Made by a program: the position numbers and the translations under genes. Positions 38,010 through 50,741 of a DNA stretch of 64,000 nucleotides are shown here, piece by piece. The notes beneath the pieces are model-generated. The model searched no databases and was not told where the DNA came from. It saw only the letters and a list, made by a program, of their open reading frames with translations. Source of the DNA: Hemiscyllium ocellatum (taxonomy: Eukaryota); assembly GCF_020745735.1 (NCBI RefSeq), contig NC_083404.1, positions 102,671,731-102,735,730 on the forward strand. The letters are read 5' to 3'. How positions within the stretch are numbered: position 1 is the stretch's first letter; every line of letters begins with the position of its first letter.

Positions 38010-39180
38010 CGAAAACCACAACTCAGCTTATGCTCACCCTGGACAACTTCTCTTTTAACTCCTTTCACTTCCTTCAAGACAAAGGTGTGACCATGGGTAC
38101 CCGTATGTACCCCAGTTAAGCCTTTTTTGTTGTGGAGTACGTTTTCATGTTCCAGTCCGATTCTGGCTCCCACCCACAACTCTTTCTCTGGTACATCAAT
38201 GACATCATCAATACTACCTCCTTCTCTCATCTGGAATTGGATAAGTTATTGATTTTGCTTCCGATTTTCACCCCACTCTAACGTTCACATGGTCAACCTC
38301 TGACTTCTCTCTTCCCTTCCTCGACATTTGTTTCCATTTTGGAGATAGGCTGGCTACCAATGTCCATTATAAACCAATTGACTCCCACAGTTGCCTTGAT
38401 TATATACCCTCATACCCTGCTTCCTGTAAACACTCCATCCCATTCTCCCAGTTCATCTATGGCACATCTGTTCTGATGATGGCAACCTCAATAACGAGTC
38501 CTCTAAAATGTCCACGTTCTTCCACAAGCAAGGATTCCCCAGTGCCGTAACTGACAGGACACTCAACTGAGTGTAACCCACCTCTCACACCTGAGACCCT
38601 CTCTTTCCTTACACAACAGTGATAGGGTCCCCCTTGTCCTCACTTACCATCGTATCAGCATCCATATCTGAGAGGATCATTAGCCACTATTTCCAACACC
38701 ACATTAGGGGTGTTGCTTGAGACACACATTCTCCTCCCTTCTAGTCAGTCTTCCGCAAGGACCATTCCCTCCAGACCACCTGGTCCACTCCTCCTGCACT
38801 CCCAATACATCCCCACAGTCTCACGTCCCTTCCAATGCAATTGCAGAAAGTGGTACCATCTGCCCATTTACTTTCTCCTTCCTCAGTATCCAAGGTCTCA
38901 AACACACCTTCCAGGTGAAACAGCACTTTATCTGCACTTCACTGAATCCAGTCTACTGTATTTGCTGCTCACAGCATGGTCTCCCCTACATTGGGGAAAT
39001 AAAGTACAGCTTGGGTGACTGCTTCACAGAATACTTACTTTCTGTCGACAAAAAAAGGCCTTGAGCTTCCAGCTACTTGCTACTTCAACATACCACCTTG
39101 TTCTCTGGCCAACATTATCTCAGGCTTCTGCAGCGCTCCAGCGAAATTTGATGCAAACTGGAAGAACAGGAGGTCAGTTT
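38010..39180 (+). mobile_element. Degenerate Penelope-like RT/GIY-YIG fragment
   Basis: Decayed RT motifs (ccatgggtacccgtatg; tacatcaatgac) and VYCICCSQHGLPYIGE. Confidence 0.75.
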
Positions 39181-39642
39181 CCGAGAGTGGTCAGTGAAAA
39201 CTTGCTACAAGTAGCAATCGAGGGGAATAGCCTTTCAGGGAAAACTAGATAGGGATAGAAAAATATGCTGATTGGGTTAAATGAAAAGTGGTGGAACCGC
39301 TGTTTGTGAAATGTGTCTGATGGGCCGACTGGCCCTTTTCTCTGCTATTGATTCTAAATCAGACCCAGTGAGGAGTTCCTGTTGGTTCGAATCCAGACCT
39401 TGCTCCATCAAAAGGGCTGGAGAAAGAAAAAGGCAAGATAAACGAACCAGCCGTGACTGTTTTCTAAGTCAAAGGGTTCATGCATGCTGTAGGTGCTTGG
39501 GTTAAAGATAACTGTCAAGGAAATTACAGCGTAGCTGGTGGGACTGAAGTACACAGGTGCAGCAAAAGGACAAACAGAGAACAAATGCTATTGCAGTAAA
39601 CATTTTCCTTTTTACAGAAATCAGTACTAATGCCGAGATTAC

Positions 39643-39809
39643 CTGCTCATATTTTGTCCACATCTCCTTTGGAAGGATTGGATGCTTCAGGCTCAAATCC
39701 AAAGCTCGCTTTATGCGGAACATTCACTCATTGTAAAGGTTTTCAGGTAATCGTTTTATAGCTTCTTGCACATCATCATCTTCATACAGTGTGTCATTCC
39801 GCACGAGTC
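39643..39809 (-). pseudogene. UQCRB: UQCRB duplicate pseudo-exon with premature stop
   Basis: 167-nt AG/GT-bounded exon: [55 protein letters not shown]; TGA at 39724-39726 replaces a conserved Arg. Confidence 0.92.
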
Positions 39810-40597
39810 CTAAAAACAAACACAGTTTATTTTTTGTGGTAATTTAGAGAATGTATCTTACTGAATGGTAATTCTTTAAAACAAGAAAATATATAGTACT
39901 GAAGGAGAATTGACTTACGAGATAAGAATGATGGATAATGGTAGTAAACCATAAATAAAAATGGGAAAAGCTATGTTTTAAGGTTGCATTTTATGGTTCA
40001 TATGGAAGGTCTCTATTTCAAGAAATGGATTTTTCTTAATTATTAAAAAAAGGTCAGAGGAAGGCCATGAGAATAATAACTACTTTGAAATCTCCTAGCT
40101 ATCAGCATAGAATTAGACAGCAGAGAATTTTTTCATCTAAATAACTGGACTTTGGAAAGATTTGAAAGGAGTATTAAAAGTAATGAAAGAGTTAGTCAAA
40201 TAAGCACAGAACTAACTTAGGTCACAAGAGATTTTTTTTCTCTATCAAAAATCATCAACTTCATTTTCTTTTCTCCAGTACTCTCCAGCTGTTTTCCTAT
40301 GTTTTTGCACCTTTTAGGAGTTACTTTCCATTTGGGATCATAATTCTTAATAACACCATGTCTGTATTGGAAATACTCAGTGGACTGAATGTCCTCTTTC
40401 CTGTCGTTTCAGATGTCTGCAATCCACAAGAATTTAATTCTTGAGTGGAAGTTAAATAAAAGAAAATTAACCATGAAGCTTGGGCAAATAAAGATAGCTA
40501 GCACTTGTGAGGAAGAGTCAGCTAGGAGAGTCTGCTGCATCAATGCCCCCAAAGTACTTTAATTATTTAGATTTATTTTCATAGAATCATTACATAC

Positions 40598-43575
40598 CTA
40601 GAAGGACCAGCTTGGTTAGCGTCTCTGATTGGTCAACATAGTCACACAAGGTAAATGAGGTAGGAGGGGGTGAAGGACTTGCCTCAATTTGCAAAGCCTC
40701 TTCTTCAGGTAATTCATCAAATGGAGAATAAGGTGGAACATCTAATTCTGAGATTTGAATAAAAATATTAAATTAATTGAAGAGTACAATTGCAGAGCAG
40801 AGCAGAACAGATGCAAGGTCCTCTTCATACTTAACACTTTTTCTTTTAACCACACATGTAGTAGATTTCATGGAATTATAAGGCACAGAAATGGGCTATT
40901 TGGGTCAACCAGTCAATGCCAGTGGTTCTGAAGGATCATACTGGACTCAACATTAATTTTGTCTTTCTTTTCACATATACTACCAGACCTGCTGAGTTTC
41001 TCCAGCATTAACTGTGTTTGTTTCATATCAGTGGTTTTGCTCAACTTAAACCTTCTCACCTTACCTATTCAAACCTTTACTCCCTTCTCCCAAATCTGCT
41101 TGTTTACCTGTGCCTTAAATTCTTAACTATAGGATTTAACCAAATCCTATGGCAGGAAGTTTCACAATTCTTCAGATAGATTGTTACTTTTGATTTCCCT
41201 TTTGAATGTGGTGACATCCTATATTGATGGCCTGTAGTTATGCTCTCCCCACAAGAAGCAACTTTTCGTGAGCACTCTATCAAAATCTTTAGTAATTTTA
41301 AAGGTCTCCTTTCAGCCTTTTTGCCCAAGAATAACAGACTCATCTGTTAATCGTTTCCTATGTCTATCCACGCATTTATGGTATCATCCTTATAATTCTT
41401 CTCTGCATTCTTTACAGTCATGACTTGGAGATGCCGGTGTTGGACTGGGGTGTACAAAGTTAAAAAATCACACAACACCAGATTATAGTCTAACAGGTTT
41501 AACTGGAAGCACACGAGTTTTTGGAGCGCTCCTCCTTCATCAGGTGGTTGCTTCCAATTAAACCTGTTGGGACTATTTCCTGGTGTTGTGTGATTTTCAA
41601 CTTCTTTACAATCCTTCTCTACTTTTCTCTGATAAGACACTTCTGAGTACTGAACATGACCCAATATCTCACCTGTCTCTGTGACATACGTTGTTTATAA
41701 TGCTCCTATTAAGTGCCTATTCATTACATTACAGATGTTATACAAGTTGTTGCTGTATAGCAATTTACATAATATAATGATCAGAACAATATGCAGTACA
41801 TTCAGTGTAGTCTAAGCAAGGTTTGATATAGGTTGAGCATAGCTTCCCTACTTTTCAATTCTATCCCTCTTGAAACAAAGATGAGTGTTTGGTGTACTTC
41901 ATTTTTAATGACTTAGCTAACTTTTGGCACAACCTTTAGCAATTGGTGCATTTATTCTCCCTGGACCCCTTTATAGTTTACCTCTACCTCACGTAGACTG
42001 CATCTTCTAAGTAATTAGTGACCTCCTTATTCTTCCTAGAAAATATAATCCCTCATAGTTATCTGTGTTGAAATTGATTTGCCAATTATTTTTCCACTCT
42101 GCAAGTTTATTAATGCACTTCTGTAATTTGTTAGCAGACTTCCTCAGAATTGAGTATCCATTCTCCCCCACTCCTGTCCGAATTTGCTTTTGATTCTAGA
42201 CCTGTTTATTTCCAGCAGTTTCTGTTTTCGTTTCAGATTTCCAACGTCCGCAGTACCTTGCTGTTGTGGTCAGCTAACCTTCCTACTTTCCTAACAATCA
42301 TGAGGCACTTTATTTGTGGTCAATGTTGTAGAACTTCTCAGATCTAATGTGATTCTTAACACCATTCAAAAGTAAGACCTGTAAGTATGTAATCAGGAAA
42401 CTCCATTATGAGACATGTATAGCTCCACTGAATATTACTGGAACTAACCAATTTAATTTCTTTCAGCTCGATAAAAGTTCAATACAGTGCATCACTAATT
42501 CATACAATTTAGGGACATTACAAGTATCACATAAAATTTATGTATCTGTAATGTTGCTACCTCATGTGTGTGCACTGCATAGGTTTGGTCTGTAGTTTGA
42601 ACTCAGTCACATAACAAGTACATGGAAGGGTTAGCAATACATATCCAAATCCCAGGTGAAGACAGGCTTAGACTATGTGGTGCTGACCTCACTTGGTCAA
42701 TTAGTCTATGTATGCTTAACACTTATTAGAAAAATAAATTGATATTTGAGTGAGGTACCACAAGATAAAAACGTAAAAGCACATTTCAATTATGGATAAC
42801 TGATACAAAGGCATTTAAAAGGCACCTTTAACAGAATACAATATTCCAAGGAGCTTCAGGCTATTTAATAAGATTTCACACTGAGCTACTCAAGGTGCCA
42901 GTAAGATAGACTTGATCAAAGGAAGACAAAGGTAAAGAGGTTTAGGGAAGGCTTCCAGAGTTTAGGACCCAGCCAGCCAGCTAATTGAAGATGAACTCAG
43001 GTCAATTTGATATTGAAGCCTTCTTAACAGCACAAACACCATCGTTCTGTATGTGTTCACATCAAGATGCAGAAAAATTCTTGCAATGGCATTTCATTGA
43101 TCTAATGGATCAGCCCTGGTTCATTAGCTGAATTAAAGATGTGCAACTAGTGGAGTGAGCTATGAAGAAGAAACTGTCAGCATCTAGTTGTTCTATAATG
43201 TATTAAATGTATGCCAATTTACATATTGAATGCATTCAACAAAACAAAACATAGCTTACCCACAGATTGTACATCTTTCACCACACAAGGCAGTTCTGTT
43301 TTGCCATGGGTATGATCTGTATTTAGAAAAATACAGCTTTCTGTGAACCGGTATCCACTGTCATCTTCTTTACTTGGTGGCAAACCTGATGCTGAAGAAC
43401 TCAACATCCAGAGTTTTTGAGTCAAAAGGCATTGACGTGCATCTAAACCAAAGTGACTTTGAAGTCTATAGGCTCTGATAGACACCACTTTTATTTCTTG
43501 CTTTGAAGATCAAACTAGACCAATAACTCTCAATGAAGACCATCGGTAACAAATGCGGTGGCACAGTGAGGACAT
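40598..43575 (-). pseudogene. MTERF3: MTERF3 duplicate pseudogene (coding exon 1 43260-43575; coding exon 2 40598-40747; the rest deleted)
   Basis: TGG to TGA at codon 22 (43510-43512), 15-nt in-frame deletion, downstream exons absent beyond the junction near 40043. Confidence 0.92.
41408..41612. mobile_element. Fold-back insertion of inverted Penelope-like termini (copy B specific)
   Basis: Inverted arms; flanking ttctttaca direct repeat; empty site at about 16870. Confidence 0.75.
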
Positions 43576-43850
43576 TTCTGTTCAATTTAACATGAACCTG
43601 TAAACAATAAATGTAATGAGTAAATAGTAATTGTATTCATTAGAATTGCGGTAAAAGTTAAGTTAAAGTTAAAATTAAGTGTTTCAAAGCATTAAAACAC
43701 TTTGGATACTTACAGATTTGAAATAATAGATCAAAATATGAAATGTAGACCATGGGCTGAATTTTCATTCTGGGATTGCGACTCTGGCACGGGTACATTT
43801 CCGGGTCCTGACCCCATCAAATACACCTGATGTACAACACGAGTTTTAAC

Positions 43851-45913
43851 CAGAAGGCCAGTTCAAACTTTGTGAAAAGATTTGTAGCTCGGGTGCTCGT
43901 TGTTGTGGTTCTGTTCGCCGAGCTGGGAATTTGTGTTGCAGACGTTTCGTCCCCTGTCTAGGTGACATCCTCAGTGCTTGGGAGCCTCCGGTGAAGCGCT
44001 TCTGTGATCTTTCCTCCGGCATTTGTAGTGGTTTGAATCTGCCGCTTCTGGTTGTCTATTCCAGCTTTCCGTTGCAGTGGCCGGTATATTGGTCGATGTG
44101 CTTATTGATTGAATCTGTGGATGAGTGCTATGCCTCTAGGAATTCCTTGGCTGTTCTCTATTTGGCTTGTCCTATAATAGTAGTGTTGTCCCAATCAAAT
44201 TCATGTTGCTTGTCATCTGCGTGTGTAGCTACTAAGGATAGCTGGTCGTGTCATTTTGTGGCTAGTTGGTGTTCATGGATGCGGATTGTTAGCTGCCTTC
44301 CTGTTTGTCCTATGTTGTGTTTTGTGCAGTCCTTGCATGGGATTTTGTACACTACATTGGTTTTGCTCATGCTGTGTATCGGGTCCTTCGTTCTGGTGAG
44401 TTGTTGTCTGAGAGTGGCTGTTGGTTTGTGTGCTGTTATGAGTCCTAGTGGTCATAGTAGTCTGGCTGTCAGTTCAGAAATGTTCTTGATGTATGGTAAC
44501 GTGGCTAGTCCTTTGGGCTGTGGCATGTCCTCGTTCCGTTGTCTTTCCCTTAGGCATCTGTTGATGAAATTGCGCGGGTATCCGTTTTTGGTGAATATGT
44601 TGTATAGGTGTTCTTCTTCCTCTTTTTGCAGTTCTGGTGTACTGCAGTGTGTTGTAGCCCTTTTGAATAGTGTCTTGATGCAATTTCTTTTGTGGGTTGG
44701 GGTGGTTGCTTTCGTAGTTCAGGACTTGGTCTGTGTGTGTGGCTTTTCTGTATACCTTTGTGGTGAATTCTTTGTTCAGTGTTCTCTGTACCATCACGTC
44801 TAGGAATGGGAGTTAGTTGTCCTTTTCTTCCTCTCTCGTGAATTGGATTTCTGTGAGTGTGGCATTGATGATCCGGTGTGTGTTCTCTATTTTTGTGTTT
44901 TTAATGATTACAAAAGGTGTCAGCCACATATCTGACCCAGAATTTGAGTTGAATTTGTGTTAAGACTGTTTGTTCTAATCTTTGCATTACCGCTTCTGCT
45001 ATGAACCCAGAGATGGGTGAGCCCATGGGTGTGCCGTTGATTTGTTCATATATTTGGTTGTTGAATGTGAAGTGTGTTGTGAGGCACAGGTCCAGTAGTT
45101 TGAGTATGCCGTCTTTGTTGATAGGTTCAACGTCCTGTTGTCTGTTCTGTATGTCCAGCAGGTTGGCTATTGTTTCTCTGGCTAGGGTTTTGTCGATAGA
45201 GGTGAACAGTGCCGTTACATCGAATGAGACCATGGTTTCTTCCTTGTCTATGTGTATATTTCTGATGATGTCCAAGAATTCCTGTGTTGATTGTATAGTG
45301 TCTGGATCCGCTGATCAGGTGTTTCAGTTTCTGCTGTAGTTCTTTAGCCAGTTTGTGAGGTGGTGTCCCTGGTAGTGATACTATGGGTCTGAGTGGGATG
45401 TCTGGTTTGTGCACTTTAGAATCTGGGAGTGTTGTTGCTTTCAGGTTTCATTCTTTGTAGGTCAAACCTGGTTATCTGTCCGTTTTTTTGTAGGTTCCTC
45501 AGTGTGTTGTTTTATCCTATTAGTGAGCTGTGGGATGGGGTCAAATTCCCTCTTTTGGTAGGGGGTGGTACCTGCAAGTAGTTGTTGTGCTTTTGGATGT
45601 AGTCTGCTTTGTCCAGGATGACCATCATTCTACCTTTGTCTGCTGGTAGTATGATTCCTAGATGTATGGTATTCATCCACAGATTCAATCAATAAGCACA
45701 TCGACCTGGACCCAATATACCGGCCACTGCAACGGATAGCTGGAACTGAAAACCGGAAGAGGCCGATTCAAACCACTACAAATGCCGGAGGAAAGGTCAC
45801 AGAAACGCTTCACAGGAGGCTCCCAAGTACTGAGGATGTCACCTAGACAGAGGACGAAACGTCTGTAACACAAATTCCCAGCTCAGCGAACAGAACTATA
45901 ACAGAAGGCCAGT
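43851..45913 (-). mobile_element. 2-kb Penelope-like element (RT + GIY-YIG, disrupted) with inverted terminus and 12-bp TSD, copy B specific
   Basis: RT motifs MVSFDVTALFTSI and QINGTPMGSPIS; cagaaggccagt at 43851-43862 and 45902-45913; hammerhead cores at 43937-43978 (-) and about 45827-45867 (+); empty site at about 19335. Confidence 0.92.
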
Positions 45914-47241
45914 CTCCATCACCAACCAATTAAAGATGGTGACTAAAGGGTCAACAGGAGGCTCTAGAACACTGAATGATAAGATTGTTCACCCGTTAGA
46001 ATGGAGCTATGTCAATGTAGTGGAGGGGGCTGTCAATGTCAGGAAGACATTGATAGGAGGTGCTCTCTGAACACCGATTCTTACGTTTTTAACATAAAAA
46101 GGGACACAGATGCCAGAATGGGCAATCTTTAGAATAGCTATGTTTGTTGTGGCATTCAAGGCTCTATGACAAATCTCATACTAAAAGGGAATGTAGCCTC
46201 TAGGTTTATCATAGAAGTAACGGTGAAAATCATCCAGGCTCTGGCCACAATCACCAAATCCTTACCATATACCAGGGTGCTGCTAGAAAATTGGAGACTT
46301 AGAAATGTTTAATACCGATGTTTAATAATGAAAGAACCCAATAACTGCAGGCTCAACAAAAAAGCTATTGACAGCATGGAATTTTTTGAAACAAAAATGC
46401 AAAATCATTGGTACTTGGAAAAATTTGGGTGAATAAACATTAGCTTTTTGAAAAGGAAATCATGTTTGACTAAGGTTCCTTGATGCAGACTGTGTAAATG
46501 GACTTTTGAAAGGTCTGATGTACTTTTTAACAAAATTCAAAAGGACAGTGGGTTACATGGGTATAAAGATGGTTAAGGGTCAGAAAGAAACTCCAAACTG
46601 CATGTGCTGTAGGGTTACCCCAGGGCTCAATGGCTGAAACCACAGCACTCTGATAAATACAGTGCAGAAAAGTAATAGGTGGTGTGGCCAACAGTGATAC
46701 CACGAACAAGGACATCATCTAGCAAACAACTGGGAGATAGAATTTTAATACAAAAAAGAGAGAGGTGATACATTTTTGCATAGGTCTAAGAGGCAATATG
46801 GACTTAATGGCATAATCTAAATAAGTGCATGAACAATGAGAACATCATGTACATATGCATATACCATTGAAGGTTTCAGACATATTGAAAGAATGGTTAG
46901 CAAAGTATATCAGATCTTCATCTTCATAAACAGAAGTATACAAAAATACAAAATGAATTTATGCTGAACCCTTATAAAGCTCTGATTAAGCCATACTGCA
47001 ACCTTTCGAGTCTACAATGTTTGTGACCAAGCTATTTCTGGACAATGGGTATTAGAATTCTGAATCACAAGTAATATGATTGGAAAACATCACGGATATA
47101 AAAAATTTCATGAAACATAAAATACTGATCAATTCTGTTTTTCCTTTATAAATGTTATTTTACTTATTCAAATATGATTATTCATGCGTCCAGTTCCAAA
47201 GTATTTTATCAAAATGTTGTTGATGGCTTAAAGGGAACAAG

Positions 47242-49035
47242 TTATTCCATACATTGCTTTATTTCACCAATATTTAGAAGAGGTGTAGGAGAGAGTGGAT
47301 GATAATTGACGGCAAAAGCAGTCAACTCTGGGTCCTTTGTGTCATCGAGTCCACTGGTTGATGGGATCGAGCTCAGTGATGCTAATGGTGTGTGCGCAAA
47401 GGATTTTCCAACTTCATCAAACATTTGCTGCAACCTCATTTGTTTCATGTGTTTCGGCTGCTCATTTATCAACTTCTCTTGGATCCTGTGTATGTGCATT
47501 ACATCTTGCTGGCTTACAAAACTTTGTTGCTCAAGAAAACGAATGAAGCGGGAAGCTAGACTGATTCCCTCTTCCAAGGTAATCTTATCCCCAGTAACAT
47601 TGTCTTCTTCATCACTGTTGTCACTATCCTCAGACTTGTAGTGTAAAACACCCTCAATTATCTCTGAATCTGTTACTTGTTGTACAACTGAAGTATTATC
47701 TTCACCATTTAACCACGCCAAAATGTCTTCCTCATCCAAGTCACTTCCCATTTGCTTGGTACAACACAAGAGGTCAGTCACCATTGCCTTGGTTTCACTT
47801 AAACTAAAGGCGTCAGAGCTTTCACCCATGTCCTCATCATTCAATATAATTTCAGGACACAATTTACGCCAGGCATTTTGTAAGGTTCTCCTCGTTACAC
47901 TGTCCCATGCATTTGTCAAACACCATATAGCATCTTTGAGACTGAGGGCAGTCTTAAAGGCATCAATACCACCAGTATTGTAGCTGGTCACAAGACGACG
48001 TAAGAAACTCTTCCTGTAGTGACTTTTCATTGACCTAATAACTCCTTGGTCCATTGGCTGAATTAAAGAAGTACAACTAGGGGGTAGATAGGTAGGGAAG
48101 ACATTGTCAGCATCTAATTGCTCTCTAGGCGGATGAGGTGTACAGTTGTCTAAAAGAAGAACAATTTTGCAATCTGCAGCCAAACCAACCTTTTGACAGT
48201 GTGCACGAGCCTCTGGAACAAAATGATTATGGAACCAGTCGCTCAATATTTCCTCGGTAACACACGAACATTTATTAGCTTCATAAAGCACCGGCATAAT
48301 TTTCATCCCTTTGAAAACACGAGGCTTAGGACTTTTACCAACAACCAAAAGTTTACACTTATGTGTTCCAGCAGCATTTGTGCATGCAAGCACAGTTAGT
48401 CTTTCTGTTGATTCCTTGTAATCATGTACCATCATTTCCTCTGTACCAACAGGCCTGTGTTGTGGCAAACATCTCCAGAAAATATCTGTCTCATCCACAT
48501 TATATATTTGTTCAGGGCTAAGATCCTCATCTTTCATCAACTTTGCAAAGTCAGTTATGTAACATTTGACAGCCTCTGTATTTGCAGAGCTCTTTTCACC
48601 AGTCGCCTTCAGGTGAATTCCATGCCTATGCTTAAACCTCTGCAACCAGCCTTGAGAGTACTCGCACACAGAATTAATCTTCATATCATTATGAAATTGT
48701 TTGGCCTTTTCCATAAGCATTGTCCCCGAAATAGGGAGTCCCTCGCTACGACGTTGTCTGAACCACTTATACAGGGCATCATCATGGTCAGCAGACTTAG
48801 CACGTCGTAGCATTTTACGCTCACTAATTCCTTGAACTGTGTCGCTTTCAGCACAGAATTTAAATAGCTTTTCACGCTGCTTCTTGATGTCATAAATTGT
48901 TGTGATTCCCACACCATATGCCTCACACAACGTTTTCACTGAAGATCCTTGATCTAGTTTATTTATGATTTCAACCTTTTCTAATATTGTAAGTGCAACA
49001 CGCTTACGTTTTGCTGTACTCTTCTTCGATGCCAT
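47242..49035 (-). CDS. Tigger transposable element-derived / Jerky-like protein, copy B (597 aa from ATG 49035)
   Basis: Intact ORF, about 17 aa differences from copy A by eye; acceptor tattctcAG before 49062; Kozak attATGg; DD32D triad intact. Confidence 0.93.
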   Translation of the reverse strand: MASKKSTAKRKRVALTILEKVEIINKLDQGSSVKTLCEAYGVGITTIYDIKKQREKLFKFCAESDTVQGISERKMLRRAKSADHDDALYKWFRQRRSEGLPISGTMLMEKAKQFHNDMKINSVCEYSQGWLQRFKHRHGIHLKATGEKSSANTEAVKCYITDFAKLMKDEDLSPEQIYNVDETDIFWRCLPQHRPVGTEEMMVHDYKESTERLTVLACTNAAGTHKCKLLVVGKSPKPRVFKGMKIMPVLYEANKCSCVTEEILSDWFHNHFVPEARAHCQKVGLAADCKIVLLLDNCTPHPPREQLDADNVFPTYLPPSCTSLIQPMDQGVIRSMKSHYRKSFLRRLVTSYNTGGIDAFKTALSLKDAIWCLTNAWDSVTRRTLQNAWRKLCPEIILNDEDMGESSDAFSLSETKAMVTDLLCCTKQMGSDLDEEDILAWLNGEDNTSVVQQVTDSEIIEGVLHYKSEDSDNSDEEDNVTGDKITLEEGISLASRFIRFLEQQSFVSQQDVMHIHRIQEKLINEQPKHMKQMRLQQMFDEVGKSFAHTPLASLSSIPSTSGLDDTKDPELTAFAVNYHPLSPTPLLNIGEIKQCME

Positions 49036-49413
49036 AATGAGAGATAAAAAACAAACTATATCCTGAGAATAATTGGATCTGCTCAAAAACACTTGAGCAA
49101 AGAGAATTTGCGTGGAAAATGGCAGTTGGTAGAGAGAATGAGGTGATCCTGTAGGGTGTGAAAGTACAACACAAGGTTACAAAGTCACTCAGCCCTCGAA
49201 ATCCTGTGCTCTCCTCAACCAGATGAACTCATGCTTCCCGATCTGCTGCAGCTGGCTCTGGTCTGCTCAAAGAAAAATTCCAGAGAACTTATTTTTTAAG
49301 TTTCTAAACAATAAGTTTCCAGACAGAGAGATTATAGAGTATGCAACTAGTTCTTGTGATCACAGTTGAGGGTGCAAGGGGAACTTACCCAAATGGCTGC
49401 ATGGATGAGTGAT

Positions 49414-49720
49414 TAGATTAGATTACTTAGTGTGGAAACAGGCCCTTCGGCCCAACAAGTCCACACTGACCCGCCGAAGCGTATACCACCCAGACCCATA
49501 CTCCTCCATTTACCTCTTCACCTAACAATTTGGGCAATTTAGCATGGCCAATTCACCTAACCTGCATATTTTTGGATTGTGGGAAGAAACCGGAGCACCC
49601 GGAGAAAACCCGAGCAGACACGGGGAGAATGTACAAACTCCACGCAGAGTCGCCTGAGGCGGGAATTGAACCCGGGTCTCTGGTACTGTGAGGCAGCAGT
49701 GCTAACCACTGTGCCACTGT
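49414..49720 (-). mobile_element. HE1-like tRNA-derived SINE (copy B specific)
   Basis: Reverse strand cagtggcacagtggttagcactgctgcctcacag...cgggttcaattccc head and (ctaat)n tail; empty site at about 22955. Confidence 0.85.
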
Positions 49721-50423
49721 GATATTAACTGCAAGGTAGGTTTGGAAAAGTTGGGGGTTGTTCTCCTGAAACAAAGGAGATTTAGTAAGAGCTGTAAAAG
49801 ACTGTGACAAGATTGAATAAAGTAGACAAGGAAAAACTGTCCCCAACTAAGCGATGTTGCAAGGGCTGAGGAACACAGAATTTAAAGCTTTGGGTAAGAC
49901 AAACAGAGAGAAAGTGAGGAACAACCTTTTTTAAAGCAACAAGTACAAATGACCTTAAAGATGCTGCCCATCAGGGTGTTGGAAATAGAGACCATCAATG
50001 ATTTATAAAGGAGATTGAACAGGCACTGTGAGACCTTACAGTGATTGGGAAGGGGAATGGGATGGAATGATTGTTCTGAAGGGAGCTGGCATATCCTCGA
50101 GTGACCAAATGGTATCCTTCTATGTCCCCAATGACTACATCCTGTTCATGTTCTAAATTGTACTCATTTAAAAGAAGCGGCGGGGGAACAGAAACGAGTT
50201 GGGAAAGCTGTTAAAAACGCGTTGAGGCCTTTATCAGGCGCCGATTATTCAGCAGCTGGAGGATCCCGTCCATGTGGGGACAGCAGCCCACTTTCGGAAG
50301 GAGATGTCAGTCTGGGGGAGTTTATCGGAGCGGTAACAGGGATTAAATACTTAGGTTGGAGTACCTGGAGAGAGTAGGGTCAAAGCACCGGATAGTGCAG
50401 ACAACAGTCCTCCCAGTACTCAC

Positions 50424-50503
50424 CTTAATCATTCCGACCGGGAAACACAGAGTCAATACCGAGTCAGCACTGCTCCAGGGAGGAAGAGAAACAGGACAGC
50501 ACA
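50424..50503 (-). promoter_or_regulatory. Putative non-coding exon 1 / CpG-rich promoter, copy B
   Basis: Near-identical to 23659-23738 with the same AAG|GTGAGT donor. Confidence 0.6.
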
Positions 50504-50741
50504 GGCTGCAGCTCCGCCGTACGGCACATGGTTCCCCGGCTGCAGCTCCGCCGTACGGCACAAGGTCTCCCGGCTGCAGCTCCGCCGTACGGCACATGGT
50601 CCCCCCGCTGCAGCTCCGCCGTACGGCACATGGTCTCCCGGCTGCAGCTCCGCCGTACGGCACATGGTCCCCCCGCTGCAGCTCCGCCGTACGGCACATG
50701 GTCTCCCGGCTGCAGCTCCGCCGTACGGCACATGGTTCCCC
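50504..50741. repeat. 34-bp GC/CpG-rich minisatellite, 7 units
   Basis: Units start at 50504, 50538, 50572, 50606, 50640, 50674 and 50708. Confidence 0.97.

Noticed and set aside
43931-44803. 290-aa plus-strand ORF
   Set aside because: Antisense shadow of the Penelope ORF; the same applies to 137-487 and 2456-2854.
49036-49092. 19-aa N-terminal extension of transposase B (616-aa ORF call)
   Set aside because: It starts at a non-ATG codon and crosses the putative splice acceptor; ATG 49035 matches copy A exactly in length.
49640-49720. tRNA gene
   Set aside because: It is the tRNA-derived head of a SINE with body and tail attached, not a full cloverleaf gene.
50504-50741. 34-bp palindromic repeats as a CRISPR array
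   Set aside because: Units are head-to-tail with no unique spacers, there are no cas genes, and the context is vertebrate intron-exon DNA.
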